Source of the DNA: Desulfatiglandales bacterium
GTDB lineage: Bacteria; Desulfobacterota; DSM-4660; Desulfatiglandales; Desulfatiglandaceae
DNA length: 64,000 nucleotides
NCBI GenBank assembly: GCA_963666345.1
Contig: OY762721.1
Span: forward strand, 96,001-160,000
Reading direction: 5' to 3'
Shown here: positions 20,197 through 29,385 of the stretch, piece by piece
How the letters are laid out: each line of letters begins with the position of its first letter
Numbering within the stretch: position 1 is the stretch's first letter
The notes under the pieces: model-generated
Told to the model about the DNA's origin: nothing
Databases searched by the model: none
What the model saw: only the letters and a program-made list of their open reading frames with translations
Program-made: the position numbers and the translations under genes

Positions 20197-21030
20197 TCAA
20201 TAGTAAACAAACATTGGTAGAGTGCCGTCTTCCATCAATTTTGTAGTTCTGCGTCCGAAAAAGTAACTCGGTTTATCCATTTCTTCTCCTACAACTACAA
20301 GAGAGGGGCTGAATTCCTTTGCGGTTTCATACATCGCATTTTCAGGGTTCCCTGTGTGCCATATCTTTTCAGGATGAATGCCGTATGCCTTGAGGTATAT
20401 CTCTGCTCGATTCAAGAGGTATTCCCCGTCTTCCACTGAATCGGTAACCGTCAAAAGCTTCACCTTGTAGGTATCTGGAATATTAGGAGATATATGAGCC
20501 CATGCCCTCATCGCCCTTGTCGATGCGGCCTTTCCGCTGTACATTATAATAACGTTTCGATGAGGCTGAACCTTTTTGGGAACACCGATAATCGGACATA
20601 CAGGTTCCCTCATCAGCTTCCTTATCAGATTGTCGTCAGGCTTTTGCGTAGTTTCAAACTTAAAAAAGGTTCGCAGACCCAGAATTGTGAGGTCTGCAAT
20701 CTTGCATTCCTCCTTAAAGACCTCAAAAGGATTCCCTATCTTAAGGTATATTTCGCAGGGCACCTTTGACTCGGCACAGATTCTTTCGAACTGATCCATG
20801 AATTCCTTTGTCCGCGTAGAGGCGTGCTCCATTTTAGAATCTATGGATCTCTGGGCATAATAACTGCTTCCAACACCTGCGCCCACACCTGTTTTCCTAA
20901 TACCTGGTTTATCCAGAATCGCGATTCCTATAAGGATGCCTCCAAAGGTTTGAGCCCTCCGGCATGCCCAGTGGATAGCACTCAAAGAAAACTCCGTTCC
21001 GTCGAGACCAACTATAATTCTCTGTTTCAT
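20197..21030 (-). CDS. Tandem-domain universal stress protein
   Basis: RIIVGLDGTEFS at the N-terminus, a second USP-like domain, and a C-terminal FGRRTTKL...LPMFVY. Confidence 0.82.
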   Translation of the reverse strand: MKQRIIVGLDGTEFSLSAIHWACRRAQTFGGILIGIAILDKPGIRKTGVGAGVGSSYYAQRSIDSKMEHASTRTKEFMDQFERICAESKVPCEIYLKIGNPFEVFKEECKIADLTILGLRTFFKFETTQKPDDNLIRKLMREPVCPIIGVPKKVQPHRNVIIMYSGKAASTRAMRAWAHISPNIPDTYKVKLLTVTDSVEDGEYLLNRAEIYLKAYGIHPEKIWHTGNPENAMYETAKEFSPSLVVVGEEMDKPSYFFGRRTTKLMEDGTLPMFVYY

Positions 21031-21139
21031 AAAAAAATTACCTCGATTAGCTGATAAAAAGGCAAACAAAAAAAAACGACATACAGGTTACTGGTTTTTC
21101 AAAAGGGCGTTATTGAATAAATATTATCTCTATTAAGAA

Positions 21140-21167
21140 ATGATAGGATTTTTTTAAAATTTGTCAA
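21140..21167 (-). promoter_or_regulatory. Putative sigma70 promoter of the USP gene
   Basis: TTGACA-16 nt-TATCAT on the minus strand. Confidence 0.45.
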
Positions 21168-21192
21168 GGCAAGGATGAAGCCGGGTGGATGT

Positions 21193-21264
21193 GTCTAAAT
21201 AAGATTAGACGTTATATTGTTATTAGACAGTAAGTATTAGACGGTAAAGATCAGGTAATTAGAC
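21193..21264. repeat. ATTAGAC direct-repeat array with one inverted copy; putative operator
   Basis: ATTAGAC at 21204, 21222, 21236 and 21258; GTCTAA at 21193. Confidence 0.75.
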
Positions 21265-21365
21265 AATTTAAAATCTTCCACAATACTCTCCATTAAAATA
21301 AGCATTAAAATCTAAATGCTTGAATTTAAAACATATGAACTGTTTATTTATACTGCATTTTATGC

Positions 21366-21393
21366 TTGACAAACTGTTTTCATTGTGTAAGAT
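21366..21393 (+). promoter_or_regulatory. Putative sigma70 promoter of the cyclase gene
   Basis: TTGACA-16 nt-TAAGAT. Confidence 0.45.
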
Positions 21394-21445
21394 GGCTGTG
21401 TAATTTCATCAAACCTGCTTTTTAACCCAAAGAGGCTTATAAGCG

Positions 21446-23029
21446 ATGGAACAGGGAAAAGGGGATGAAACCAGCCTTATCACCAGCAAGGAAATTCTTT
21501 TTAAGACAGGTATTTCCAGGGCTACACTCAACAATTATATCAAGATGGGAATTATTCCAAAGCCGATCGTGGGCAGGCCTTCCGAAGATCTAAGGGGTGT
21601 CAAAAAGATCGGGTTTTTTCCCAGGGAAGTAGTGGATAGAATAACTCTGGTAAAGGGTCTAAAAAGGGAGGGCCATTCCATGGAGGACATAGCGAGGAGG
21701 TTTAGAGGCGAGACCTCCAGAAAAACGATATCTTTTCAAAAAAAGACAAACAGGACTGAATGGGCACGATCAAAAGGCCGTTACCTTGAAATTGACAACG
21801 TAAAATCAAGAATTGACTCCTCGGACCTTAGCCTGACTGTTGAAAATATCAGTTCTCCCGCTTATCTTATAAACCCGAATTTCGAGATAGAATGGGCAAA
21901 CAGGGAGGCTCAAGAACAGATATTCCACCAGGATCTTTCCAGTATCGCGGAACTTGAATCCAGGAATATATTCAAATTACTCTTCAACTGGGAATTTCAT
22001 GATTCAGTAAAAAACTGGCAGGATATAATTGGCTTGCATCTATCATATGCAGTTTCACGATTCGAAAAAAGAGAAATAGGAGACCTTTATGAAGGAATCA
22101 CCGAAGGCGAAACAAGGTGTCTTGAAAAATTGTATGAAAATCAAACTCCCACTGAAGGCAGAGGTATAAATCACAGTAAAATTGATTTCAAATGGAGAGA
22201 CGAATCAGTCACCGGATTTGAGATATATACCTCTTTTTTCCGTGAGGGATTGTTTTTTGTTTACGTGCCAAAGGAAAAGGAAGATCGAGGAATACTTGAG
22301 CTTCTGTCAAGAAGGGAGAAGGTGATAAATGAACTTCTGAGCCTGAGGATGCCTTCCCTTGTCTCTCTTTGCGTGCTTGTGGCGGATCTCCAGGACTCTG
22401 TAAAGATAAGCGCGGAGCTTCCGCCGGCCGAATATTTTCAGCTGATCAACGGCCTGTGGAGGTCACTGGTAGGTTCTTTTGATATGTTTCACGGTATTTG
22501 CGGAAAACATGCCGGTGACGGAATGCTCTACTATTTCATTAAGAGACCTGGCACGAATTATATAATGGATGCAATAACCTGTGCGGTACAGCTCAGGGAG
22601 AGGACCAAAAGATTCAGTAATGAATGGAAAATAAGAAAAGGATGGCTTCAGGATCTATATTTAAACATCGGAATAAATGAGGGTAAAGAATTTTTCGGTG
22701 CGATTGAATCCTCCGCAAATATTGAATTTACTGCCCTGGGCGATTCCATAAACTCGACTGCAAGGATTTCCGATCTGGCCAGATACGGGTCTATATTAAC
22801 TACTAAAAATCTTATTAATAAAATCTCACCTGAAGATCTTGATTGCGTTTACTACGGCGTAAAGAGAAAAGACAAAGATAGAGATGTTTTTATAGAAAAC
22901 TATTTTTCAAGGGTCAGTGACGTTCTGAAGAATTATGACCTCAACCATTCAAAATTTAATGATATCTCCACTCTTCCAATAACAGAGATAATAGATATAG
23001 TGAAGAGAAAAAAAACCGGCCGGTCATAA
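21446..23029 (+). CDS. MerR/Xis-like winged HTH fused to a class III adenylate cyclase
   Basis: N-terminal ITSKEILFKTGISRATLNNYIKMGIIPKP. Cyclase motifs VADLQDS, KHAGDG, IGINEG and FTALGDSINSTAR. Confidence 0.85.
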   Translation: MEQGKGDETSLITSKEILFKTGISRATLNNYIKMGIIPKPIVGRPSEDLRGVKKIGFFPREVVDRITLVKGLKREGHSMEDIARRFRGETSRKTISFQKKTNRTEWARSKGRYLEIDNVKSRIDSSDLSLTVENISSPAYLINPNFEIEWANREAQEQIFHQDLSSIAELESRNIFKLLFNWEFHDSVKNWQDIIGLHLSYAVSRFEKREIGDLYEGITEGETRCLEKLYENQTPTEGRGINHSKIDFKWRDESVTGFEIYTSFFREGLFFVYVPKEKEDRGILELLSRREKVINELLSLRMPSLVSLCVLVADLQDSVKISAELPPAEYFQLINGLWRSLVGSFDMFHGICGKHAGDGMLYYFIKRPGTNYIMDAITCAVQLRERTKRFSNEWKIRKGWLQDLYLNIGINEGKEFFGAIESSANIEFTALGDSINSTARISDLARYGSILTTKNLINKISPEDLDCVYYGVKRKDKDRDVFIENYFSRVSDVLKNYDLNHSKFNDISTLPITEIIDIVKRKKTGRS

Positions 23030-23091
23030 TAAAACCCCGGAGTTACTGCCCGATCACCATTTATATTCAAGGCCGTTGCAAGCTTATCTGT

Positions 23092-23195
23092 TTTCCATCC
23101 GGAAAGCACCCTTTTGCCGATATCCGCATCAATGTGAGGCTTTTTGTACGGCACACCACATGCATTTCTAATAACAATTAATCGATTTTCTTAAC
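23092..23195. repeat. Partial copy of an intergenic MITE-like element
   Basis: Shares TTTCCATCCGGAAA...TCAAT...GATTTTCT with 29177-29319. Confidence 0.5.
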
Positions 23196-23382
23196 TCAAA
23201 TCACACACCATGCGGGTGACGCAAAACCGCCGGGTTTCCTCTATTTGTATAAAAAAACCAGGACTTCAGGCACTCAAGGTCTTTTAAGGATTGATAAGGT
23301 TGATATTCTGCCCTTTTTCTGGCATAGATTTGTATCTGTTGCGGAAAATTTCACCTTGCTTTTCAGCTGAGGTTATAAAGTC

Positions 23383-24537
23383 ATGAAGATAATACGCTCT
23401 AGTTTTGAACAGGGTCCCATAAGGCCTCCAAATGAGGCAAGAAGCCTGCTTATTAGGCTAACCAGAAACTGTCCATGGAACCGGTGTCTGTTCTGCCCGG
23501 TGTATAAAAATAAGAAATTTTCCCTGAGAACCGTAAAAGAGATAAAAGAGGATATAATCAATGTTCGGGAAATCTCTGACCATATAAAGGAAATCTCTTG
23601 GAATCTCGGCAAAAAGGGACATGTTGACGACAAGGTTGTGAAAAAGGTGCTTGCCGAATATGGGGATGGTTACCGAAGCATAGCATTGTGGTTGTATTAT
23701 GATACAGGGGCCTGTTTTCTTCAGGACGCCGACAACCTCGTTATGAGCACTAGTGATCTGGTGGATGTCCTAATGTTTTTGAGAAAAAAAATTCCGGAAA
23801 TCACAAGAGTTACGACATATTCAAGATCACGCACCATTGTTAGAAAATCCCTTGAATCTTTGTCAAAAATTCACACTGCAGGACTGGACAGGGTACATGT
23901 CGGACTTGAAAGCGGCTACGATCCGGTGCTTAAGTTGGTCAAAAAGGGAGTCAGCGCACAGCAGCACATAGACGCGGGTAGAAAAACAGTTGAATCCGGA
24001 ATGGAGCTTTCCGAATATGTCATGCCTGGTCTTGGTGGGCAGGAGATGTGGCGTGAACATGCAATCGAGACCGCCCGGGTACTCAATCAAATCAACCCTC
24101 ATTTCATTCGTATTCGAAGCCTGAGGGTGCCCAAGAGGGTACCCCTTTATGAAAAACTGCTTGAGGGCAGTTTCCATATGCAAAGCGATGATATGATTGC
24201 TGAAGAGATAAAGATATTCATCGAGACACTTGAAGGCATTAACAGTATCCTGACAAGTGATCATATCATGAATCTGCTGGAGGAGGTCTCGGGTAAATTT
24301 CCAGAAGAAAAAGAAAAAATGATCGAGGCCGTAAGAAGATATCAGGGACTTACAGATGAAGACAGACTCATATACAGGGTAGGACGCAGAGGAGGAGCTT
24401 ACAGATCAACAGACGATCTGAGCGATGATCCTGCAACCTACGGTAAAATAAGATGCCTTATTGCAGATATAATGGATGAACAGGGGGCTCAGGGCGCCGA
24501 ACAATTCATATCCGACATGGTGGACCGCTACATATAA
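23383..24537 (+). CDS. Radical SAM protein of unknown function
   Basis: RPPNEA..., CPWNRCLFC cluster motif, FLQDAD and HVGLESG. Confidence 0.85.
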   Translation: MKIIRSSFEQGPIRPPNEARSLLIRLTRNCPWNRCLFCPVYKNKKFSLRTVKEIKEDIINVREISDHIKEISWNLGKKGHVDDKVVKKVLAEYGDGYRSIALWLYYDTGACFLQDADNLVMSTSDLVDVLMFLRKKIPEITRVTTYSRSRTIVRKSLESLSKIHTAGLDRVHVGLESGYDPVLKLVKKGVSAQQHIDAGRKTVESGMELSEYVMPGLGGQEMWREHAIETARVLNQINPHFIRIRSLRVPKRVPLYEKLLEGSFHMQSDDMIAEEIKIFIETLEGINSILTSDHIMNLLEEVSGKFPEEKEKMIEAVRRYQGLTDEDRLIYRVGRRGGAYRSTDDLSDDPATYGKIRCLIADIMDEQGAQGAEQFISDMVDRYI

Positions 24538-24566
24538 CCTAGATAAGGGAACTGGACGCAGTAAAA

Positions 24567-25232
24567 ATGAAATATTATCCTGTATATTTAGATATTAAGG
24601 GAAAAAACGCTTTGGTAATAGGCGGAGGTGCGGTCGCTCTTCGTAAGGTTGAAACACTGCTTGAATGTGGCGCGGTAGTTAACATCGTGAGCAGGGAACT
24701 TAACGATGAACTTGAGGGTCTTGTGGGAGATGGGCGGTTGTTTCATAAGGGAGAAATTTTCAGGGATGAACAACTGGAAGGGATGTTTATTGTAATAGCG
24801 GCCACTGACGACAGCGAACTGAATCACAGAATAAGCCGGATGGCCGAAAAGAGAGGCCTTCTCATAAATGCGGTGGACCAGCCTGCTGACTGCAATTTTA
24901 TCGTTCCTTCATTAGTCAAACGTGGAGACCTGTTGATTGCCATATCTACCTCAGGGCAAAGTCCTGCTCTTGCCAGAAGACTTCGAAAGGAGCTTGAAGC
25001 ACAGTTTGCCTGTGAATATGAACTATATCTGGTGCTTATGGGCCGTCTGAGGGAATTAGTCCGTCAAAGTGATCTCTGCCTGAACGAAAGGTCTGATCTG
25101 TTTAAATATCTAACCGAATCGAATCTTTTTGACCTCGTATGCAGAAAGGACAGTAAGGAGATTAAGTCCATGTTGCGGGGGGTTGTTCCGGAAGATATCG
25201 ACCCTGACCATATTGTAGATGAAATTATGTGA
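24567..25232 (+). CDS. sirC: Precorrin-2 dehydrogenase / sirohydrochlorin ferrochelatase (SirC/CysG N-terminal type)
   Basis: YYPVYL, IGGGAVALRK, NAVDQPADCNF and STSGQSPALAR. Confidence 0.9.
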   Translation: MKYYPVYLDIKGKNALVIGGGAVALRKVETLLECGAVVNIVSRELNDELEGLVGDGRLFHKGEIFRDEQLEGMFIVIAATDDSELNHRISRMAEKRGLLINAVDQPADCNFIVPSLVKRGDLLIAISTSGQSPALARRLRKELEAQFACEYELYLVLMGRLRELVRQSDLCLNERSDLFKYLTESNLFDLVCRKDSKEIKSMLRGVVPEDIDPDHIVDEIM

Positions 25233-25246
25233 GGCCTGTGAATAGA

Positions 25247-26077
25247 ATGATTTTTTTGTGGTTCAATCTTGCGCTCATACTTGAACTCTGTGCTACAGGG
25301 GGCTTTGTCGTATATATTTTAAAACAACGTAAAGACATATTCAGATATTCCTATCTGATACTGATTGCCGGTTTCGTCTGTCATACCGTCTTTCTTATAT
25401 ATCAATATCTCCAGATTGGACCTATCCCGGGGGAAAATCTTAAATCCTCATTTTCTTTTTTTTCGTGGAGCATAATTTTTGCCTATCTGATATTTCAGCT
25501 GAGATTCAGGTTAATGGTACTGGGTTCATTTGTTGCACCCTTTGCCGCCTGTCTAATGATTATTTCATCGACAATGCCCTGGGCAGAGGGGCCCTCAGTC
25601 CCCGTCTTTAAAGGACTCTGGCTTCTTCTGCATGTAGGGACGATATTTATGGGCAACGGACTTTTTGCCATAGCCTTTTTGGCCTCAATCATGTACCTGT
25701 TGCAGGAACACTTCATAAAGAACAAAAAACTGGGTCCATTTTATAGCCGTCTGCCTTCTCTTGCTAGCCTAGACAGCATAAACCACTACTCACTTATCTA
25801 TGGATTTCCTTTTCTTACAGCCGGCATGATCACCGGGTCGGTCTATGCCCAGTATATCCTTGGAGCCTACTGGCAGTGGGATCCCAAAGAGGTATGGTCT
25901 CTTATAACATGGCTTTTCTACGCTGCATTGCTTCACGAGAGGATAGCCGCTGGCTGGCGGGGCAGAAGGGCTGCTCTGATGTCGATAGCATGTTTCTGCA
26001 TACTAATATTTACCTTTTTGGGTGTCAGCCTCTGGCTTGGAGGTTACCACAGCTTTGACGCCCAAGTGCTTAGATAA
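25247..26077 (+). CDS. ccsA: CcsA/HemX-family cytochrome c biogenesis membrane protein
   Basis: Multi-TM protein with the WWD motif WQWDPKEVWSLITW and conserved His residues. Confidence 0.85.
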   Translation: MIFLWFNLALILELCATGGFVVYILKQRKDIFRYSYLILIAGFVCHTVFLIYQYLQIGPIPGENLKSSFSFFSWSIIFAYLIFQLRFRLMVLGSFVAPFAACLMIISSTMPWAEGPSVPVFKGLWLLLHVGTIFMGNGLFAIAFLASIMYLLQEHFIKNKKLGPFYSRLPSLASLDSINHYSLIYGFPFLTAGMITGSVYAQYILGAYWQWDPKEVWSLITWLFYAALLHERIAAGWRGRRAALMSIACFCILIFTFLGVSLWLGGYHSFDAQVLR

Positions 26078-26080
26078 AAA

Positions 26081-27382
26081 ATGACTCAGATATTAGATAT
26101 TGGAATGAACCATGAAACAGCTCCCGTAGAGCTCAGGGAATGCCTGTCTTCAAGAGAAGACCACGTTGAAACAGCCATATCCGCGATAAGGTCCTGCCCC
26201 AGCATCACAGAGGGGCTGTTCCTTTCCACCTGTAACAGGGTCGAAATTTTGGTGATTACGGAAGATCCCCATAAGGCAAGGCAGGACATCATGGAGATCT
26301 TTCTTTCACTTGGAGAGATCCCCGAAGAATCGCTTGTAAAAAGCCTCTATACCTTAAAGGGAAAGGAGGCGGTGGAGCATATTTTCATGGTCGCCTCAAG
26401 CCTGGATTCAATGGTAGTAGGGGAACCTCAAATACTCGGCCAGTTAAAGAGAGCCTATGCTGAGAGCGTAAGTAAGAAGACATCCGGAGTAATACTTAAC
26501 AGACTGATGCATAAGGCCTTTCATGTCGCCAAAAGGGTAAGGACAGAGACCGGCATATGCGAGGCGGCGGTGTCGATAAGTTATGCTGCGGTTGAACTTG
26601 CGAGAAAAATATTTTATGACCTTGAAGGGAAAAAGGCCCTTCTTGTTGGTGCGGGAGAGATGGCCGAACTGGCGGCAAAGCATTTGATCGGGCTTGGAAT
26701 AAACTCAATGTTCGTCGCAAACAGGACTTTTGAACGGGCCGTGGAGGTTGCGTCCAGACTTTATGCCAAACCGGTATCTTTCGATGAAATACCTCAGCAG
26801 CTTGAAGAGGCGGACATCGTGATAACATCCACGGGGGCAACCGACTATGTGATTAGGCATGAGCATGTGAAGGCGTGCCTTAAAAAGAGGAAAAATCGGC
26901 TGCTCTTTTTCATTGATATCGCAGTTCCAAGGGATGTTGAACCAAGGGTAAACGACTTGAACAATGTCTACCTATACGATATCGACGACCTCAAGGGGAT
27001 TATCAGTCATAATGTCGCGCAGAGAGGACATGAAGCGGTAAAGGCGGAAAGGATAGTCATTGAGGAAACACTCAGGTTCGAAAAATGGCTCAAGACCCTG
27101 GCCGTCGTTCCCACTATTGTAACCCTCAGAGAAAAGGTGGAAGACATTATTCAATGCGAAATAAAAAAAAGCAATTCGGCACTGAACGATTTAACCCCGC
27201 TTCAGATGGAGGCCGTAAAGGTGCTCACAAGATCGATCGGTGAGAAGGTCTTAAACGACCCGATACTATTTTTAAAGGGTAAGGCAGGAAGGCTGGCTCT
27301 GCATTCATATCTGGATATAACTCGGAAGCTTTTTAACCTTGATACCGACGGACAAAGAGAGAACAATAAAAAGGTAAGGTAG
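26081..27382 (+). CDS. hemA: Glutamyl-tRNA reductase
   Basis: HETAPVELRE, STCNRVE, DSMVVGEPQILGQ, GAGEM and DIAVPRD. Confidence 0.96.
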   Translation: MTQILDIGMNHETAPVELRECLSSREDHVETAISAIRSCPSITEGLFLSTCNRVEILVITEDPHKARQDIMEIFLSLGEIPEESLVKSLYTLKGKEAVEHIFMVASSLDSMVVGEPQILGQLKRAYAESVSKKTSGVILNRLMHKAFHVAKRVRTETGICEAAVSISYAAVELARKIFYDLEGKKALLVGAGEMAELAAKHLIGLGINSMFVANRTFERAVEVASRLYAKPVSFDEIPQQLEEADIVITSTGATDYVIRHEHVKACLKKRKNRLLFFIDIAVPRDVEPRVNDLNNVYLYDIDDLKGIISHNVAQRGHEAVKAERIVIEETLRFEKWLKTLAVVPTIVTLREKVEDIIQCEIKKSNSALNDLTPLQMEAVKVLTRSIGEKVLNDPILFLKGKAGRLALHSYLDITRKLFNLDTDGQRENNKKVR

Positions 27383-27403
27383 CAGGTTATGGAGGAGGGT
27401 GCC

Positions 27404-27769
27404 ATGGACATTAAGGAAATGTTTATTGAAATAAAAAAAAGCCCTTATTACAAAAGGATGGGTATGATCGCAAGTCATCTGGGTGTTGTAAGAGAGACGT
27501 CCCTTGATGGTGCAAAAGTTTCAGCTGTCGAGGTGAGCTTTGATAAAGAAAAGATAAGGGAAGTAAAAAGAAAAATCTTGGACATAGAAGGCATACTTGA
27601 AGTATTAATTCAGACTTATGAAGGCAGACTTTGCGTCGGAGATGAGATAATGGCGGTTGTAATCGGCGGGGATACAAGGGAAAACGTATTTCCGGCGCTT
27701 ATCAGCGCAGTTGATCTGCTGAAAAAAGAAGCATCAAAGAAGAGAGAAATTATTAGTTCGGGGGGTTGA
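27404..27769 (+). CDS. moaE: Molybdopterin synthase catalytic subunit MoaE-like (short form)
   Basis: GMIASHLGVVR, GRLCVGDEIM and GDTRENVF; directly upstream of moaC. Confidence 0.75.
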   Translation: MDIKEMFIEIKKSPYYKRMGMIASHLGVVRETSLDGAKVSAVEVSFDKEKIREVKRKILDIEGILEVLIQTYEGRLCVGDEIMAVVIGGDTRENVFPALISAVDLLKKEASKKREIISSGG

Positions 27770-27773
27770 AGAT

Positions 27774-28208
27774 ATGGGGATGGTTGATGTAGGGGATAAA
27801 CCTGTTATAAGGCGCTTGGCAGAGGCATCAGGAAGGATACATCTTTCTCCTGAAACTATCATGAAGATCAAGCAAGGTGCAATACTCAAGGGAGACCCCC
27901 TTGTAATAGCGGAGGTGGGAGGAATGAATGCCGCAAAACAGACCCATCTCCTCATACCCCATTGTCACCAGATAGCCCTTGATAAGGTAGAGTTGTCATT
28001 CGATATATCAAGCCAGTGGATAGAGGCCAGTTGCATTGCTTCCGCTCAGGCGCGCACAGGAGTTGAGATGGAGGCCCTAGTCGGAGTGACCACTGCTCTC
28101 AACGTGATATGGGATATGGTAAAATACCTTGAAAAGGATAAAGATGGACAGTATCCGGGTACAAGGATGGATGCAATAAGGGTTATAAGAAAGGAAAAAG
28201 GTCTATAG
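27774..28208 (+). CDS. moaC: Cyclic pyranopterin monophosphate synthase
   Basis: MVDVGDK, KGD, LIPHCH, TGVEMEAL and WDMVK. Confidence 0.95.
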   Translation: MGMVDVGDKPVIRRLAEASGRIHLSPETIMKIKQGAILKGDPLVIAEVGGMNAAKQTHLLIPHCHQIALDKVELSFDISSQWIEASCIASAQARTGVEMEALVGVTTALNVIWDMVKYLEKDKDGQYPGTRMDAIRVIRKEKGL

Positions 28209-28220
28209 GGGGCGTTTTAA

Positions 28221-29135
28221 TTGAAAATGCACGACAGAAGACAAAGGGGCCTGAGCATCGGTTTTGTAGGTGCGGGAAGAGTAGGCACCGCAATGGCGGT
28301 AAGTCTTTACAGGGCCGGTTACAGAGTGGTCGGAATTTCTGACATTTCAAGAAAAAATGCGGATAGATTTCTCAGTCATGCGACTGAGTGCAGGTATTTT
28401 GGAAGTGCTCAAGAGCTGGCGGAAAGTGTGGAGCTGATTTTTATTACCACCTCTGATGATGCGATTTTTGAGGCAGCCTCTTCAATAGTGTGGCGCAAAG
28501 GCCAGATTGCGGTACACTGTAGTGGCGCTGCATCGCTTGACCTGCTTGAAAAACCTTATTCAGATGGGGCTCTTACAGGTTCTTTTCATCCCTGCCAGGC
28601 GTTTGCAGGGATAAACGAGGCAATATCCAATCTCCCAGGCTCTACTATTGCCATAGAGGCCCAAATGCCGCTTATTGAAATTCTAAAGGAAATGGCAGAC
28701 TCAATCGAGTGCGGTCACATTGTTCTAGGACCGGGTGACAAGGCCCTGTATCACGCTGCCGCCGTTTTTGCCAGCAATTACTATGTAACATTATTAAAGG
28801 TTGCGGCCGATCTCTTTGAAACATTTGGGGTGAGATCTTCTCGAACCATAGAGATCCTTATGCCGCTTATTGAGGGAAATCTGAAAAATATCAAGGAAAT
28901 AGGTTTACCTCGATGTCTTACGGGACCGATCTCTAGGGGTGATATCGGTACTATCAGAAAACATCTTGAATGCCTTGAGAATAAAACTCCGCAGTTTTCA
29001 AGGCTATACGCGGAGCTTGCCTTGCAGACTCTCCCGGTTGCAAAAGAGAAAGGGACCCTGAAAGAGCCTGAAAGCAAGACATTTGAAGGCATATTGCGAA
29101 AAGTCAGGGAACAGAGCGGAACCGCAAAACAATGA
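28221..29135 (+). CDS. Rossmann-like + DUF2520 oxidoreductase (PanG-like)
   Basis: GAGRVG, HCSGA, SFHP, YHAAAVFASNY and LTGPISRGD. Confidence 0.85.
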   Translation: MKMHDRRQRGLSIGFVGAGRVGTAMAVSLYRAGYRVVGISDISRKNADRFLSHATECRYFGSAQELAESVELIFITTSDDAIFEAASSIVWRKGQIAVHCSGAASLDLLEKPYSDGALTGSFHPCQAFAGINEAISNLPGSTIAIEAQMPLIEILKEMADSIECGHIVLGPGDKALYHAAAVFASNYYVTLLKVAADLFETFGVRSSRTIEILMPLIEGNLKNIKEIGLPRCLTGPISRGDIGTIRKHLECLENKTPQFSRLYAELALQTLPVAKEKGTLKEPESKTFEGILRKVREQSGTAKQ

Positions 29136-29176
29136 TATTTTCAATGAATTGAAATAGTTCTCACAATGTTTTAAGT

Positions 29177-29319
29177 AGTTTCCATCCGGAAATGGCTGTT
29201 TTTCAAAATCTCGGGGTCAATTTACGGAATCACTTATTCGGCGTACTTAGTGCGCCTCCACGTAATACCCTGATTTTCTAAATCTTGTAAAAAATAGCTC
29301 ATTTCTGGTGTGGCAAACT
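29177..29319. repeat. MITE-like element with imperfect terminal inverted repeats
   Basis: Left arm AGTTTCCATCCGGAAATGGCTGTTTTT; right arm AAAAATAGCTCATTTCTGGTGTGGCAAACT; central GGCGTACTTAGTGCGCC. Confidence 0.6.
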
Positions 29320-29385
29320 GCCAGTGCCCTTGATTTACTTCCTTGAGGGGCACAAACTAAATGTCACTTTTTAGGAGGTCAAAAG

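Noticed and set aside
21193..21264. Possible CRISPR array or replication iterons
   Set aside because: Repeats are only 7 bp with irregular 7-15 bp gaps; no cas or rep gene is present.
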